The notes under the pieces: model-generated | What the model saw: the letters and a program-made list of their open reading frames with translations, nothing else | What the model was told of the DNA's origin: nothing | Databases searched by the model: none | Assembly (NCBI GenBank): GCA_965228855.1 | Contig: CBDDIJ010000003.1 | Location: 1,696,001 to 1,760,000, forward strand | DNA from: Candidatus Obscuribacterales bacterium | GTDB taxonomy: Bacteria > Cyanobacteriota > Vampirovibrionia > Obscuribacterales > Obscuribacteraceae | DNA: 64,000 nucleotides | Direction of reading: 5' to 3' | In this document: positions 1-9,719 of the stretch, one piece after another | Layout: each line of letters starts with the position of its first letter | Position numbering within the stretch: position 1 is the first letter of the stretch | Made by a program: the position numbers and the translations under genes

Positions 1-1
1 T

Positions 2-730
2 ATAGATCCGGAAAAAGAGCTACATGAAAATTTGTGGGGCACCATTAAAGCCACCAAAGCGGAATTCGAACTCAGACAAAAGGATCCACGCGCCAACAAT
101 TTTATTTTTTGGGGAACCGGCATGCCATGGCTTCCTCTGGCCCTTAGCTGTCGCATGTTAAATGACAAGCTACTGGCGAATTTTGAGGACGAGATCGATG
201 GATGGGCTTATCTATTTCACGGAGCGGCAGGTTACGTACTCTGTGATCTAGTTTGCTTTGTATGTCGCAAACCTAAAACGCTTGTACTCAACGATAATGG
301 CCGACCGCATGCGCAGTTCGGACCCGCCGCCACCTGGTCGGACGGATTTGACGTGCACTCCTGGCGCGGAATTGTTGTAGAAGCAGACCTGATCAAACAG
401 GCGCATGCCGTCAGACTCGATCAGATTCTTACCGAAGAAAATGCGGAGAGAAGGAGAGTTCTTCTCGATATGTTCGGTGAGGAGAGATTTGTGCGCGAGT
501 CAGGAGCAGAAGTTATTCACCGGGACAAATACGGAACTCTGTATCGGCATATGTTCAAGATGGACGAACCGCTAACAATAGTGCGCGTTCGCAACTCCAC
601 GCGCGAGTTGGATGGCAGCTATAAAGATTACTTTCTGCGGGTCCCGCCGACGGTGACCACCGCAAAAGAAGCGGTCGCATGGACCTTCGGACTTTCAGCC
701 GACGAGTACGATCCCGGCTACGAGAGTTAG
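2..730 (+). CDS. DUF6745-domain protein, 5'-truncated by the window edge
   Basis: Frame is open from base 2. GRPHAQFGPAATWSDGFDVHSWRG, EENAERRRVLL, VRNSTRELDGSYKDYFLRVPP and AVAWTFGL match my recollection of DUF6745. Confidence 0.8.
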   Translation: MDPEKELHENLWGTIKATKAEFELRQKDPRANNFIFWGTGMPWLPLALSCRMLNDKLLANFEDEIDGWAYLFHGAAGYVLCDLVCFVCRKPKTLVLNDNGRPHAQFGPAATWSDGFDVHSWRGIVVEADLIKQAHAVRLDQILTEENAERRRVLLDMFGEERFVRESGAEVIHRDKYGTLYRHMFKMDEPLTIVRVRNSTRELDGSYKDYFLRVPPTVTTAKEAVAWTFGLSADEYDPGYES

Positions 731-766
731 CGGACGCGGAAATATCTGTGCAAGAAACGGTTTGAA

Positions 767-1480
767 TCAATCACATAGCAGATTCAGTTTGTCTAGCTTT
801 TCTTTTATGTATTCTGTAGTTCGTGGGAATGGTTTCCTCAGATCATTCGGATAAACCATGTCCGACGGTGGCAGGGTAAGGTACATGAACAATTCAGCAA
901 AAGTCTCATCACGGCCTCGTTTTTCTGGTTGCTGGAGGAAGTAGCCCAGTTTCTTGCGGTCAGACTCCGGTATTCGAGAAACATCCTCTCTATACGCGCG
1001 TATAAAGTCATCAGAATCAGATATTCGAGCAGGAACCTGTTGCGGTGAGTCACGTTCCATCGAGCCAGCATGCCAGTTGACGGCATGACCGCCTTCATGA
1101 GGCAAGTCTCCGTTCGGATTGACGAAGATTCTCGTCTTGCCTTTGTCGTGATAATAAAAATTGTTATGAGTGGAAGCTTCCGGCTCGAACTGTCGAAGAG
1201 TTAGATCGCCTTTAGCCGCTGCGGCGATGGAGCTACTTGCCACAACCTCAACTTTATTGTCGGACAACAGTTTTTGTATCGCCTTCGGAAAACGCACCAG
1301 CTCTTCCTTTGCGAACCTCTCAGCGGCATCCACCAGTTTTTTCGATGCTGGATCTTCCTGTGAATTTCTTTGAACAATTTTGTTTGCGTATAGATTGTCT
1401 CTAAATTCAGAAAGAGCGTCTCGCTCAGCCTCTGATGTGGAAGGAATTTTGCAGTCGTTTCTATCTAACGAATTTTCCAT
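767..1480 (-). CDS. Anthrax-lethal-factor-like (ATLF/PPEP-type) zinc metallopeptidase
   Basis: HEGGH (HExxH), then SDSDDFIRAY and GYF...RDETFAELF (third Zn ligand, ExFAE). No signal peptide. Confidence 0.7.
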   Translation of the reverse strand: MENSLDRNDCKIPSTSEAERDALSEFRDNLYANKIVQRNSQEDPASKKLVDAAERFAKEELVRFPKAIQKLLSDNKVEVVASSSIAAAAKGDLTLRQFEPEASTHNNFYYHDKGKTRIFVNPNGDLPHEGGHAVNWHAGSMERDSPQQVPARISDSDDFIRAYREDVSRIPESDRKKLGYFLQQPEKRGRDETFAELFMYLTLPPSDMVYPNDLRKPFPRTTEYIKEKLDKLNLLCD

Positions 1481-1584
1481 ACGCCCATCTTCCTAAATGC
1501 GGTTTCAACATTATGCTCATTCATGAACATAACCACAACGTGACTTTCGTAGGACAGATGCGCTAATACCCAGAGTCACATCGC

Positions 1585-2277
1585 TCAGTCATCCGTTCTC
1601 AACGTGTAGCCGACGCGCGGAATTGTCCTTATTATTGAGGTCGAGCCATCTTCGTTGGTATCGTCGATAGTGCGGCGAATTCGCTTTATCGATGTTCTGA
1701 GCGCATCGGCTGTGGCTTCGGATTCTGACTCCCAGACGCGGGCCAGCAATACATCGCTACTAAAAATGCGATTAGGGTTGCGCATGAAAAACTCAAGGAG
1801 GGCAAAATCCTTCGGCTGCAATCGCAACTCCACTCCGGCTTTGGTCAATTCATGCTTATTTGGATCTAGCTTGATGTCACCTCTTATAAGAACTTCCGAT
1901 AGTATTTCCGGTGGGCGGCGCAAAATGGCTCGGATACGAGCGGCCAGTTCCTTTACTGCAAATGGTTTTGTGACATAATCGTCTGCGCCGACGTCGAGCC
2001 CCCTCTCTTTATCGGAAAGACCATCTTTTGCTGTCAGCATGATGACGGGTGTCTGACCGCCGCGCTCGCGAAAGTCTTTTAGAAGTTCCAAGCCACTTTT
2101 GAAGGGAAGGTCCCAATCCAGGACGATTAGATCGAAACCGCCGAGCTTGAGCAAGTCATCAGCTTTTCGACCGTCATGCACGGATTCCACGCTATGTCTC
2201 TGTCCGATCAGCCAATCGGACACCAGTGCGCACAAGGTTTTGTCGTCCTCAATTAACAGAATTTTGGCCAACTTCAC
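1585..2277 (-). CDS. OmpR/PhoB-family response regulator
   Basis: ILLIEDD, LIVLDWDLP, GADDYVTKPF, and a winged-helix end IRTIPRVGY. Confidence 0.95.
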   Translation of the reverse strand: MKLAKILLIEDDKTLCALVSDWLIGQRHSVESVHDGRKADDLLKLGGFDLIVLDWDLPFKSGLELLKDFRERGGQTPVIMLTAKDGLSDKERGLDVGADDYVTKPFAVKELAARIRAILRRPPEILSEVLIRGDIKLDPNKHELTKAGVELRLQPKDFALLEFFMRNPNRIFSSDVLLARVWESESEATADALRTSIKRIRRTIDDTNEDGSTSIIRTIPRVGYTLRTDD

Positions 2278-2395
2278 TCCCCGAAAGCTTCTGACTCAAG
2301 GTTCCGAAACTGAATGCAGAAGTGTTATACCCACCGATACTGTGAATTGTCTGTTCTTTGGGACATCGGTTTCCTTACTTGGTTTGGTAGCCTAA

Positions 2396-2419
2396 AGGCA
2401 GACCTTCACAGGTCTGCCT
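2396..2419 (-). terminator. Hairpin, probable terminator of the small gene ending at 2443
   Basis: Perfect 10-bp inverted repeat AGGCAGACCT-tcac-AGGTCTGCCT. The T tract is short. Confidence 0.5.
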
Positions 2420-2442
2420 CTACCAGCACTTTCCTAGTGTGA

Positions 2443-2724
2443 CTAGCGGTCTTCATACCGTAAGTAAGGATCTGGATCGTTAGCAGGAAGGCGCTTGTCG
2501 TGCACTTCGTCATACGGATCCGGACCATGCGGATCCCGTCCGTGTGGATTCGGACCGTGCGGGTTGTCGGTTATGTCTTTACCCGGATCTCGGTCGTCCT
2601 TATTCTCTACCAGCAAAACCTTCGTAGGCACGGTAGCGCTGGCTGCATTGAAAGAGGGCTCGCTTGTTGTTGAAGAGTTGAAAGCGGACAGCACAATTAA
2701 GCCAGCAAGTAGGTGATTGTACAT
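2443..2724 (-). CDS. Small putatively secreted protein with PHG repeats (93 aa)
   Basis: ATG at 2724 with GAGGT RBS, hydrophobic N-terminus LLAGLIVLSAF, and PHGPN-PHGRD-PHGPD-PY repeats. Confidence 0.55.
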   Translation of the reverse strand: MYNHLLAGLIVLSAFNSSTTSEPSFNAASATVPTKVLLVENKDDRDPGKDITDNPHGPNPHGRDPHGPDPYDEVHDKRLPANDPDPYLRYEDR

Positions 2725-2875
2725 TTGCCAAACCTCGGCGTATGAACCTTGACAAATTGAGGATAGATTTTTTTCGTCGTCCAATCTTCTTGGAGATTGC
2801 GCAGTTTCTACCATCCAACTGTGGCTATTCATGCGGTTTTCATAGAGCCACTTAGCCCAGATTTATTCCATCTTG

Positions 2876-3925
2876 CTATTTTCCGCTTTCTCCCTGAACG
2901 ACAGACTGCCTGAAGTGATTGGGCGAAAGGCCGAAACGCTGAGAGAAACTGCTGCTGAATGATCCCAGACTCTCGAAACCAACATCGCCGCAAATCTCGG
3001 TAACACTTTTTCTTGACACTCTGAGCAGCTGAGACGCCTTCTGCAAGCGGCAATCAGTCAAATACTGGTTTGGGCTGATACCAAACATACGAGTAAAGCA
3101 ACGTTGAAAGTGATAAGGCGAAAGGTCTGCAGTTTTCGCCATATCAGCGAGGCTCCAGGATTCATCCACGGACGACGAGATGTAGTCACGACTTCTCTGG
3201 AGTCGATCGTACATCTGAAATCTCGTCGATGCGCGTCGAAATGGCATGGATTCGGCCTCGAACACATCGCTCCTGTGAACGTGAAGAAGTCTTTGCAGAA
3301 TTACCTTCAGCTCATCGAGCACCAGACCTGCGCTCACCTCTGACTCTTGAATCATCGAGCGCAAAAGCAAGAGTCGTGGGGACACGATGTGGTCGTTCGG
3401 TCTGAGCCTCTGGCAAAATTGAATCGGCAACCTGTTCTTCGAGGAACTATCGAACTGGAGGAGATCGTTTTCGCTGAGGAGAGGAGAGAAAACCTCAGAA
3501 GCGAATTCCAATCCAAAGAATATCGTAAGCGATTCCACGTCCGGGGTGCCCTCTAAAATCCTGGCAGAACTCTCGCTATCATTCAGCACCAAATATGATG
3601 CTTCGTCTAAGGTAATGCGTGGACTGCAACCGACAAAGCAGTCCTCCCGCCCCCGGAAAATGCATCTCAATGATAAAGGAAACAGTTTCTGATCTTCCTC
3701 GAAGATAACACCGTTTCCATCGCGGAATAAGAATATCGACGCTGGTAAACCCGAAAGGTAATCAAAATCGAGACGCTCGTCGAATCTCGAAGTCAAGTCT
3801 CTTACAATCGACAATGAATTGCCGTTTCTGGATTTTCCCTTAAATTGTCGCATTTGCCATCTTACCGCTTGCCAGAGAACGGCGCGCTGCACCTTTCTTC
3901 GCGGTCTCCACTGCCATGTCCCCAT
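2876..3925 (-). CDS. AraC-family transcriptional regulator (start uncertain)
   Basis: C-terminal HTH pair SLADMAKTADLSPYHFQRCF and VTEICGDVGFESLGSFSSSFSQRFGLSP. Confidence 0.9.
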   Translation of the reverse strand: MGTWQWRPRRKVQRAVLWQAVRWQMRQFKGKSRNGNSLSIVRDLTSRFDERLDFDYLSGLPASIFLFRDGNGVIFEEDQKLFPLSLRCIFRGREDCFVGCSPRITLDEASYLVLNDSESSARILEGTPDVESLTIFFGLEFASEVFSPLLSENDLLQFDSSSKNRLPIQFCQRLRPNDHIVSPRLLLLRSMIQESEVSAGLVLDELKVILQRLLHVHRSDVFEAESMPFRRASTRFQMYDRLQRSRDYISSSVDESWSLADMAKTADLSPYHFQRCFTRMFGISPNQYLTDCRLQKASQLLRVSRKSVTEICGDVGFESLGSFSSSFSQRFGLSPNHFRQSVVQGESGK

Positions 3926-3984
3926 GTTATTTCCGGTAGATGGCTGTCGGATGACTATATGTGGCTAATTTGTGGCTGAAGCTG

Positions 3985-5145
3985 TCATGCTTCCGGGTTG
4001 ATGGGCACCGAGAAGCAGAACTTGCTTCCTTTTCCTTCGACGCTTTCAACCCAAATACGCCCCTGGTGTTTCTCCACAAGTGCTTTACAGATGGCCAGAC
4101 CCAGACCGAATCCTTTGCGCTTCAGCTCGCTTGACTGGTCCAGCTGGCGAAAGCGCTCAAAGATCTGGAGTTTCTGTTGATCGGGTATCCCAGGTCCCTG
4201 GTCGATAACTTCAAATCTCGCGTGTACGCCTGCGATGCCGGCAACAACCCTGACCACCGAATTCTCCGGAGAGTATTTGATCGCATTCGAAATCAAGTTT
4301 ATCAATACCTGCACGATACGATTTTGATCCACGGTGATAACATCATTGGTAAACTCCGTTTCAATCGAAACGCGCTTATCGTCAGGTCTTTGAAGAGCCA
4401 AGTTAGCTGTCTTTATAATAGACCCAATAGTGGTATCAGTGTAATCAAGTTGTATGCTTCCACTCTCAACATTTTCAGATTCAAGCAGATTTCCCACCAG
4501 CGAATTTAAATACTCTATATTGGAAACACCTTGTGTAACGAGGTCCACTCCCCTCGCGGACAGTGAACCATAGGTACCCTCGGCCACCAGCTCGAGAGTT
4601 ACGCGCACCGACGTAAGGGGGGCACGCAGGTCGTGGCTAACCATGGATATCAGTTCATGACGAAAGCGTTCCAACCTGTGCCTTTCGTTTATATCTTGAA
4701 CAGTTACAAACAACAAATCTTCTCCGAACATCTCCAGCGAGTTGACAAACACCTCCGCTACGAATGTTTCTCCGCCCTTCCTTTTCGCCAGCAGTCGCAT
4801 TGGTTGACTTGTCACATTCAGCGCCGCAACTTCAGGGAACACAGAGGCAATCTCCTGATTAGCTAACTCAGTTTCACTGCAACGAAAGTATTCCGCGGCA
4901 ATCTTATTTACAGCCTTAATGCGTTGACCTTTTTCAATCATGATAAACCCGAACGGAAAACCGGCGAGAAAACTTCGCATCCAAAACAAGAGCTCCTCTT
5001 GTCTCCTGATTAGTTTTTGTTCCGATTCTTTAAGTCCGGCTATTTCCGTCAACCGCTCTTCTGCTAGGCGACGGAAGTCAGCTAGCGTTTGGACTTCAGG
5101 CTCCTTTCGATCGTTCACTATAGTCTCCAACGCGAAGAAGTCCAA
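3985..5145 (-). CDS. Cytoplasmic PAS sensor histidine kinase
   Basis: PAS-like segment, H-box SHDLRAPL, N-box NLISNAIKYS, G-boxes DQGPGI and GFGLGLAI. Confidence 0.93.
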   Translation of the reverse strand: MDFFALETIVNDRKEPEVQTLADFRRLAEERLTEIAGLKESEQKLIRRQEELLFWMRSFLAGFPFGFIMIEKGQRIKAVNKIAAEYFRCSETELANQEIASVFPEVAALNVTSQPMRLLAKRKGGETFVAEVFVNSLEMFGEDLLFVTVQDINERHRLERFRHELISMVSHDLRAPLTSVRVTLELVAEGTYGSLSARGVDLVTQGVSNIEYLNSLVGNLLESENVESGSIQLDYTDTTIGSIIKTANLALQRPDDKRVSIETEFTNDVITVDQNRIVQVLINLISNAIKYSPENSVVRVVAGIAGVHARFEVIDQGPGIPDQQKLQIFERFRQLDQSSELKRKGFGLGLAICKALVEKHQGRIWVESVEGKGSKFCFSVPINPEA

Positions 5146-5214
5146 AATACGGATTGCAACCCTGGCAGTTCAATATTAGTATGCCCCAAGTGGACGAATC
5201 GGAATAATTAATCG

Positions 5215-7314
5215 ATGAATCTCGAACCGCCGGAAACTTGCCAATTATGCAAAAAAGAAAAGGGCGGCGGCAAGGCGACCGGTTCGCTGACTTCATTTCT
5301 TTTTCAGGAAATGCGTTGTACCTGCCTCGATACTGCAGTTACTCTCAAGGCGGTTAGTGTACCTAAGTTTGACCGCTGCCGGGATTGCGGCAAGATCAAG
5401 GAAGGCAAGGAAGGTAGTTTTACATCCTTTCTTTTCCAAGATCTCAGTTGCAGCTGCCAAAGAAACCGAACGGTGAAAGTCACGTCTCGGATAACAGCGG
5501 ACAATCGCAGAGCATCTTTGCTGACCACTCGCGTTCCCAGAAAACACAGTGCCAGATCGAGATCTACATGGTGCGCCAACGACTCAACAGCGATGGTCGA
5601 ACTTCGGATCGGAGACATAATATCCGGTTATAAACTGCTCGCACAAATTGGTCAAGGTGGCATGGGAATTGTTTTCCTGGCAGAGCATCTTGCACTCAAC
5701 CGAATCTGCGCGCTGAAGTTCTTGGCACCATCCCTGGTATCGAAGACCAGCTGGATGATGTTTCAAAACGAGGTCAAGTTAGTCTCAGGTTTGAGTCATC
5801 CAACCATTTGTCGCATATACGATATGGGTATTTATGAAGGCAAGCTGCCGTTTTACTCCATGGACTACTTGATTGGTGAAACTCTGGATTCCGTTTTGAT
5901 GAGAGAAGGCACGTTGTCGCTGGGTGCCGCAGTAGAAGTGTTTAGTAAAGTCGCGGACGGACTGTCTTACGCACATTCACAGGGCATCGTTCATAAGGAC
6001 ATAAAACCAGCGAACATTATGCTCCTACCTGATAGCAGTGGTAATGTCGGAGTAAACATTCTAGATTTTGGAATCGCGGAACTTGTCGATCAGGACACAC
6101 ATTCCGCCAAGCGTAGTGAAGCTGGTGTCGTAGGAAGCGCCTACTACATGAGTCCAGAACAATTTAAGGGAACTCGACTTGATCATCGCTCGGACATCTA
6201 CAACCTGGGTTGCTCGCTCTTTGAGACACTCACAGGAGAACCGCCCTATGTTGGAGTAACCAGAGAAGAGCTATCCGTACAACACATTACCTGGCCGATT
6301 CCAAGGATTACGGAGATGATTGAATCAAGTCAGGATTTTCCGCAAGAATTGGACGCCATCGTCAGTAAAGCCTTGGCTAAATCTGCCGATGAGCGTTATC
6401 AGGATGCTCGCACCCTGATCGATGACTTCAATCTTCTTTTAGAAAAGCACAGACTCGAGCCTGACCTCTCCGAGGAGGATAGCATACAGTCAGACGTACC
6501 GCAGGAGAAAGAACCAACGCGGACATCTACAAAGCGCGCTCTTTTTCAAGCATTGCTTGTTTCGACTTTTGCCTGCGTCGTGATCATCATGTCTCTTAGA
6601 CTGCCTGCCTTTTTTCAAAAGGAGCTCTATTCGAATTTGGACAATGGAGCAAAGCCTTCAAACAAACAGAAAATGAAGAGCAAGGAAACAGATATTAATG
6701 AAGATAGCTTCGAACACGGGGCAGGAATAGAATCATGGGAACCGAGAGTTAAGGATGCAGTGGCACGAGTTGCTGATCACGTCGAGCGCAATGTGCACAG
6801 CGCCCGATCTTGTATCTCACGTGGAAAGGCTCTATCAGAGGTAGACGAAGCAGAAGGCGCGATCCGCGAGCTCAATAAAGGTTTGAGCGCAAGACCGGAT
6901 CTATGGACAGTAAAAATCTCGGATTGTCTTGTGAAAAGTTATGTTGCTTCGGGCCGATTGGACCACGCTCTTTCTGAGATAAACAGAGGTCTTGGCGTTT
7001 CGCAAACTGTGGAGCGCTATCGAAAAAGAGGCGAAATCCAGCAAGAATTGCTCATGTTCGAAGAAGCCCTGATAAGTTTTGACAATGCTCTGAGACTGGC
7101 TCCCAATGACTATTGGACGTATTATCATCGGGGAGGTTGCTATGGTGCTTTGAGGCACTACGATAAGGCATTGGAGGATTTTTCGAGGTGCATTGTCTTG
7201 CAACCAGGTGTCCCTCAGGGATACGAAGCAAGGGCGAAAGTCTTTAGTCAAATCGGAAAAAAGGATCTGGCAGAACGCGACCTTGAAGAGTCTAGGAGAT
7301 TGACTCATCGATAA
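5215..7314 (+). CDS. Hanks Ser/Thr kinase with duplicated N-terminal Cys-rich module, TM helix and C-terminal TPRs
   Basis: GQGGMG, ALKFL, HKDIKPAN, DFG, YMSPE, TM segment ALLVSTFACVVIIMSL and TPR repeats. Confidence 0.93.
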   Translation: MNLEPPETCQLCKKEKGGGKATGSLTSFLFQEMRCTCLDTAVTLKAVSVPKFDRCRDCGKIKEGKEGSFTSFLFQDLSCSCQRNRTVKVTSRITADNRRASLLTTRVPRKHSARSRSTWCANDSTAMVELRIGDIISGYKLLAQIGQGGMGIVFLAEHLALNRICALKFLAPSLVSKTSWMMFQNEVKLVSGLSHPTICRIYDMGIYEGKLPFYSMDYLIGETLDSVLMREGTLSLGAAVEVFSKVADGLSYAHSQGIVHKDIKPANIMLLPDSSGNVGVNILDFGIAELVDQDTHSAKRSEAGVVGSAYYMSPEQFKGTRLDHRSDIYNLGCSLFETLTGEPPYVGVTREELSVQHITWPIPRITEMIESSQDFPQELDAIVSKALAKSADERYQDARTLIDDFNLLLEKHRLEPDLSEEDSIQSDVPQEKEPTRTSTKRALFQALLVSTFACVVIIMSLRLPAFFQKELYSNLDNGAKPSNKQKMKSKETDINEDSFEHGAGIESWEPRVKDAVARVADHVERNVHSARSCISRGKALSEVDEAEGAIRELNKGLSARPDLWTVKISDCLVKSYVASGRLDHALSEINRGLGVSQTVERYRKRGEIQQELLMFEEALISFDNALRLAPNDYWTYYHRGGCYGALRHYDKALEDFSRCIVLQPGVPQGYEARAKVFSQIGKKDLAERDLEESRRLTHR

Positions 7315-7417
7315 TCGAAAGTTTCACTGAAAAACTTCCCGGCGAAGACGAACTACATGATACGCACACATGTGTCTCTCTAACCAGCGCTTGCATAATT
7401 TGCGTTTATGTCCCGCA

Positions 7418-7887
7418 TTAATAAGGCGACGTCATCTCCAGATGTTGCGGTTGTGCAGATTGATTCGAGTCTAGTGGAGGAGAACCCTGAGGGCGGTTAT
7501 CGAAAACAGGTGGGAAGTGACTTTCTGAAGAGTCTGTTTTGGATGCGTTTTCCGACGGCTTCGGATTATCGTTAACCGATTGTTCCGGAGCCAACTTTGA
7601 CTTGGCAATCTGCTCGTCCAGCAGTTCTGACCGATGTCCATGCTCTGTTGAGGAAGTTGAACTTCGGAACCGACTCCCTCTGACCCAACTCCAAGCGGAG
7701 GACTTTGATCTTTTGATTTAGGCTCTGGCTTCTGCTCATCAGGCTTTGGTTGAGATGGTTTTACGGTGGTAAGCTGTCTCAGATAATCGAAAGTTTCACG
7801 GAAAAGTTTTCCGGCGATTCCCTCTTCGCCTTCGTGGCGACGATCTTCAACATTCGACGAAAGTCGGTCGGATTCTGTGTAGCGCAT
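7418..7887 (-). pseudogene. Frameshifted low-complexity acidic protein of about 156 aa (pseudogene or sequence error)
   Basis: ATG at 7887 with GAAAGGA RBS. After GVGSEGVGSE the alternative frame reads SSTSSTEHGHRSELLDEQIAK...HLEMTSPY* to TAA at 7418, matching the composition of the N-half. Confidence 0.6.
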
Positions 7888-7997
7888 AGTAACGTTCCTT
7901 TCAAAGGAGACGATAACAGCATAAAATCGCGACATCAGGATTACGTGACAAGCATAATGACACGCTTCGACTGGGGTTCCGTAGCTTTAAGTTAGGG

Positions 7998-8771
7998 TTA
8001 AGCGATAGTTTTGATAATCAGCGTGGTGCCATACAATGCATCTTGCTCTGATGGAGAGATGACGATAACCACGCTGTTATTCGATAGAACACCAGTATTC
8101 ACGCGAGCGTCTTGAGAGAACGAGAGACCGGGCTGACTGAAAATTCTCAGAATCACCTGCTGTAACTGTTCATCGCTCTCGAAGGAAACATCGGTACTCT
8201 CGAAACCTGTGTGACTGCGAAGTACATGCACCTGCCGAGGTCCGTAAACATAGATATCTTTGACCGACGGGTCTCGAAGGAGCGGACCAAGCGGACCAAA
8301 ACCAAAGATTTCGTCAAGTATTTTCTGTAGAAGAAAACCTCGCTCCATCATCGTGAGCGGCGAGTCATCGTTGTTTACGATTTCCCTGATAAATTGTCGA
8401 GTTTCAATTTCATCAAGATTTAGGTGATCGCTCTGCCGAATTTTAGCTAGGAGAACCTTCGCTCGCTCATTAATCGAATCAAAGTTAACGGAACAATTTT
8501 GAACCGGCTTAGGCTGCCTGAGCACACGGGGTTTGGGGAAATTCGATTCCGTTGTTCTCGACGATTCTTCGGGTAACTCTGACTGACAATAGCGGCAGCG
8601 AGTTGCCTCCTTTCTCACCATTTCAGCGCAGCCAGGGCACGCCCGGAAATATACAGAAGAAAGTCCGTGTTGACAGAAACGGCAAAGGATCGCGTCAGTC
8701 TCAATTATCTCAGCGCAATTCGGGCAGCGATTTGACTCCGGTTGGAAGGCTAGAGTGGGCATATGCATCAC
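7998..8771 (-). CDS. Double zinc-ribbon protein fused to a CpaF/TadA-like N-terminal domain lacking the ATPase core
   Basis: CPNC/CRFC/CPGC/CRYC, then LDEIFGFGPLGPLLRDPSVKDIYVYGP. No Walker A before the stop. Confidence 0.75.
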   Translation of the reverse strand: MMHMPTLAFQPESNRCPNCAEIIETDAILCRFCQHGLSSVYFRACPGCAEMVRKEATRCRYCQSELPEESSRTTESNFPKPRVLRQPKPVQNCSVNFDSINERAKVLLAKIRQSDHLNLDEIETRQFIREIVNNDDSPLTMMERGFLLQKILDEIFGFGPLGPLLRDPSVKDIYVYGPRQVHVLRSHTGFESTDVSFESDEQLQQVILRIFSQPGLSFSQDARVNTGVLSNNSVVIVISPSEQDALYGTTLIIKTIA

Positions 8772-9050
8772 CTCTCGACATAGTAAACATTATAGCCTGC
8801 TCAACGCCAGTCCAGCGCCCCTCCTGAATCAGCCTACTATGAGGTCGTCGAGATCGTCGACTGTTTGTTTAACACTAACCTCAAGCGTGGGCTGTTTATC
8901 AACATCAAATGCGGTAGCCTCGCTGCCATCTGCGACAACGAGTTCGGGGGACTTTTCCTTAAGTTCGTTGCTCTCCATACCGGATATATTCCCCAAATGC
9001 CGATCGGGGAACCAACGCATCCAGTATCAATAGAGATGAACCAGGAACGA

Positions 9051-9719
9051 CTAAAGCGTTGCAACTCCAGCCGTTAGTAGTTGTCTTTGGGCAACCACAT
9101 TCTCTACTTCAGAAACTGGGAGGAACTGTCCTTCTTCAAGACTGTAGCTGAACACTTCGCCGGTCTGGATCTTGTAGGTCCAACCGTGAATGTGGACATT
9201 GCCACTGAGCAGACGAGATGCCACCATGGGCAGTGTCCTCAAATTCTCGATCTGCGCGAGCACATTCTCCTGGATCGCAACATTGAGTTTCTCTTCTTCA
9301 TCGAGGTCCGAGTAATTATCTTCGATAATCTGTCTGGTAGCTTCCGCGTGGCTTAGCCAGCTTCTAACGGAGGGAAGCTTATTCAGACTTGATGGATTGA
9401 GAAGCGCCTTAATCGCACCACAAGCTGAGTGACCACAGATGATGAGATCCCTCACGCCAAGTACAGCAACCGCAAATTCGATTGTCGCAGCTTCACCACC
9501 GCCACACCCATGAGCTGGAATGATGTTTCCGGCGTTGCGCAAGATAAACAGATCTCCGGGTTCCGTATTCGTGAGCAGATTAGGATTGATACGTGAATCC
9601 GAGCAGGTTATGAATAAGGCATCTGGATTCTGACCCGTCGCCAGGCGCTCAAACAGTTCTTTCCGTGACTCGAACATATTTGACTGGAAGTGATGTAGTC
9701 CCGAGATCAGTTTTCTCAT
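9051..9719 (-). CDS. Beta-class carbonic anhydrase
   Basis: CSDSR, RNAGN and ICGHSACGA zinc-ligand motifs. Confidence 0.96.
   Translation of the reverse strand: MRKLISGLHHFQSNMFESRKELFERLATGQNPDALFITCSDSRINPNLLTNTEPGDLFILRNAGNIIPAHGCGGGEAATIEFAVAVLGVRDLIICGHSACGAIKALLNPSSLNKLPSVRSWLSHAEATRQIIEDNYSDLDEEEKLNVAIQENVLAQIENLRTLPMVASRLLSGNVHIHGWTYKIQTGEVFSYSLEEGQFLPVSEVENVVAQRQLLTAGVATL

Noticed and set aside
8829..9064. Short ORFs between the carbonic anhydrase and the zinc-ribbon gene
   Set aside because: No motif or clear RBS. The acidic 8829 frame may be real but cannot be supported.
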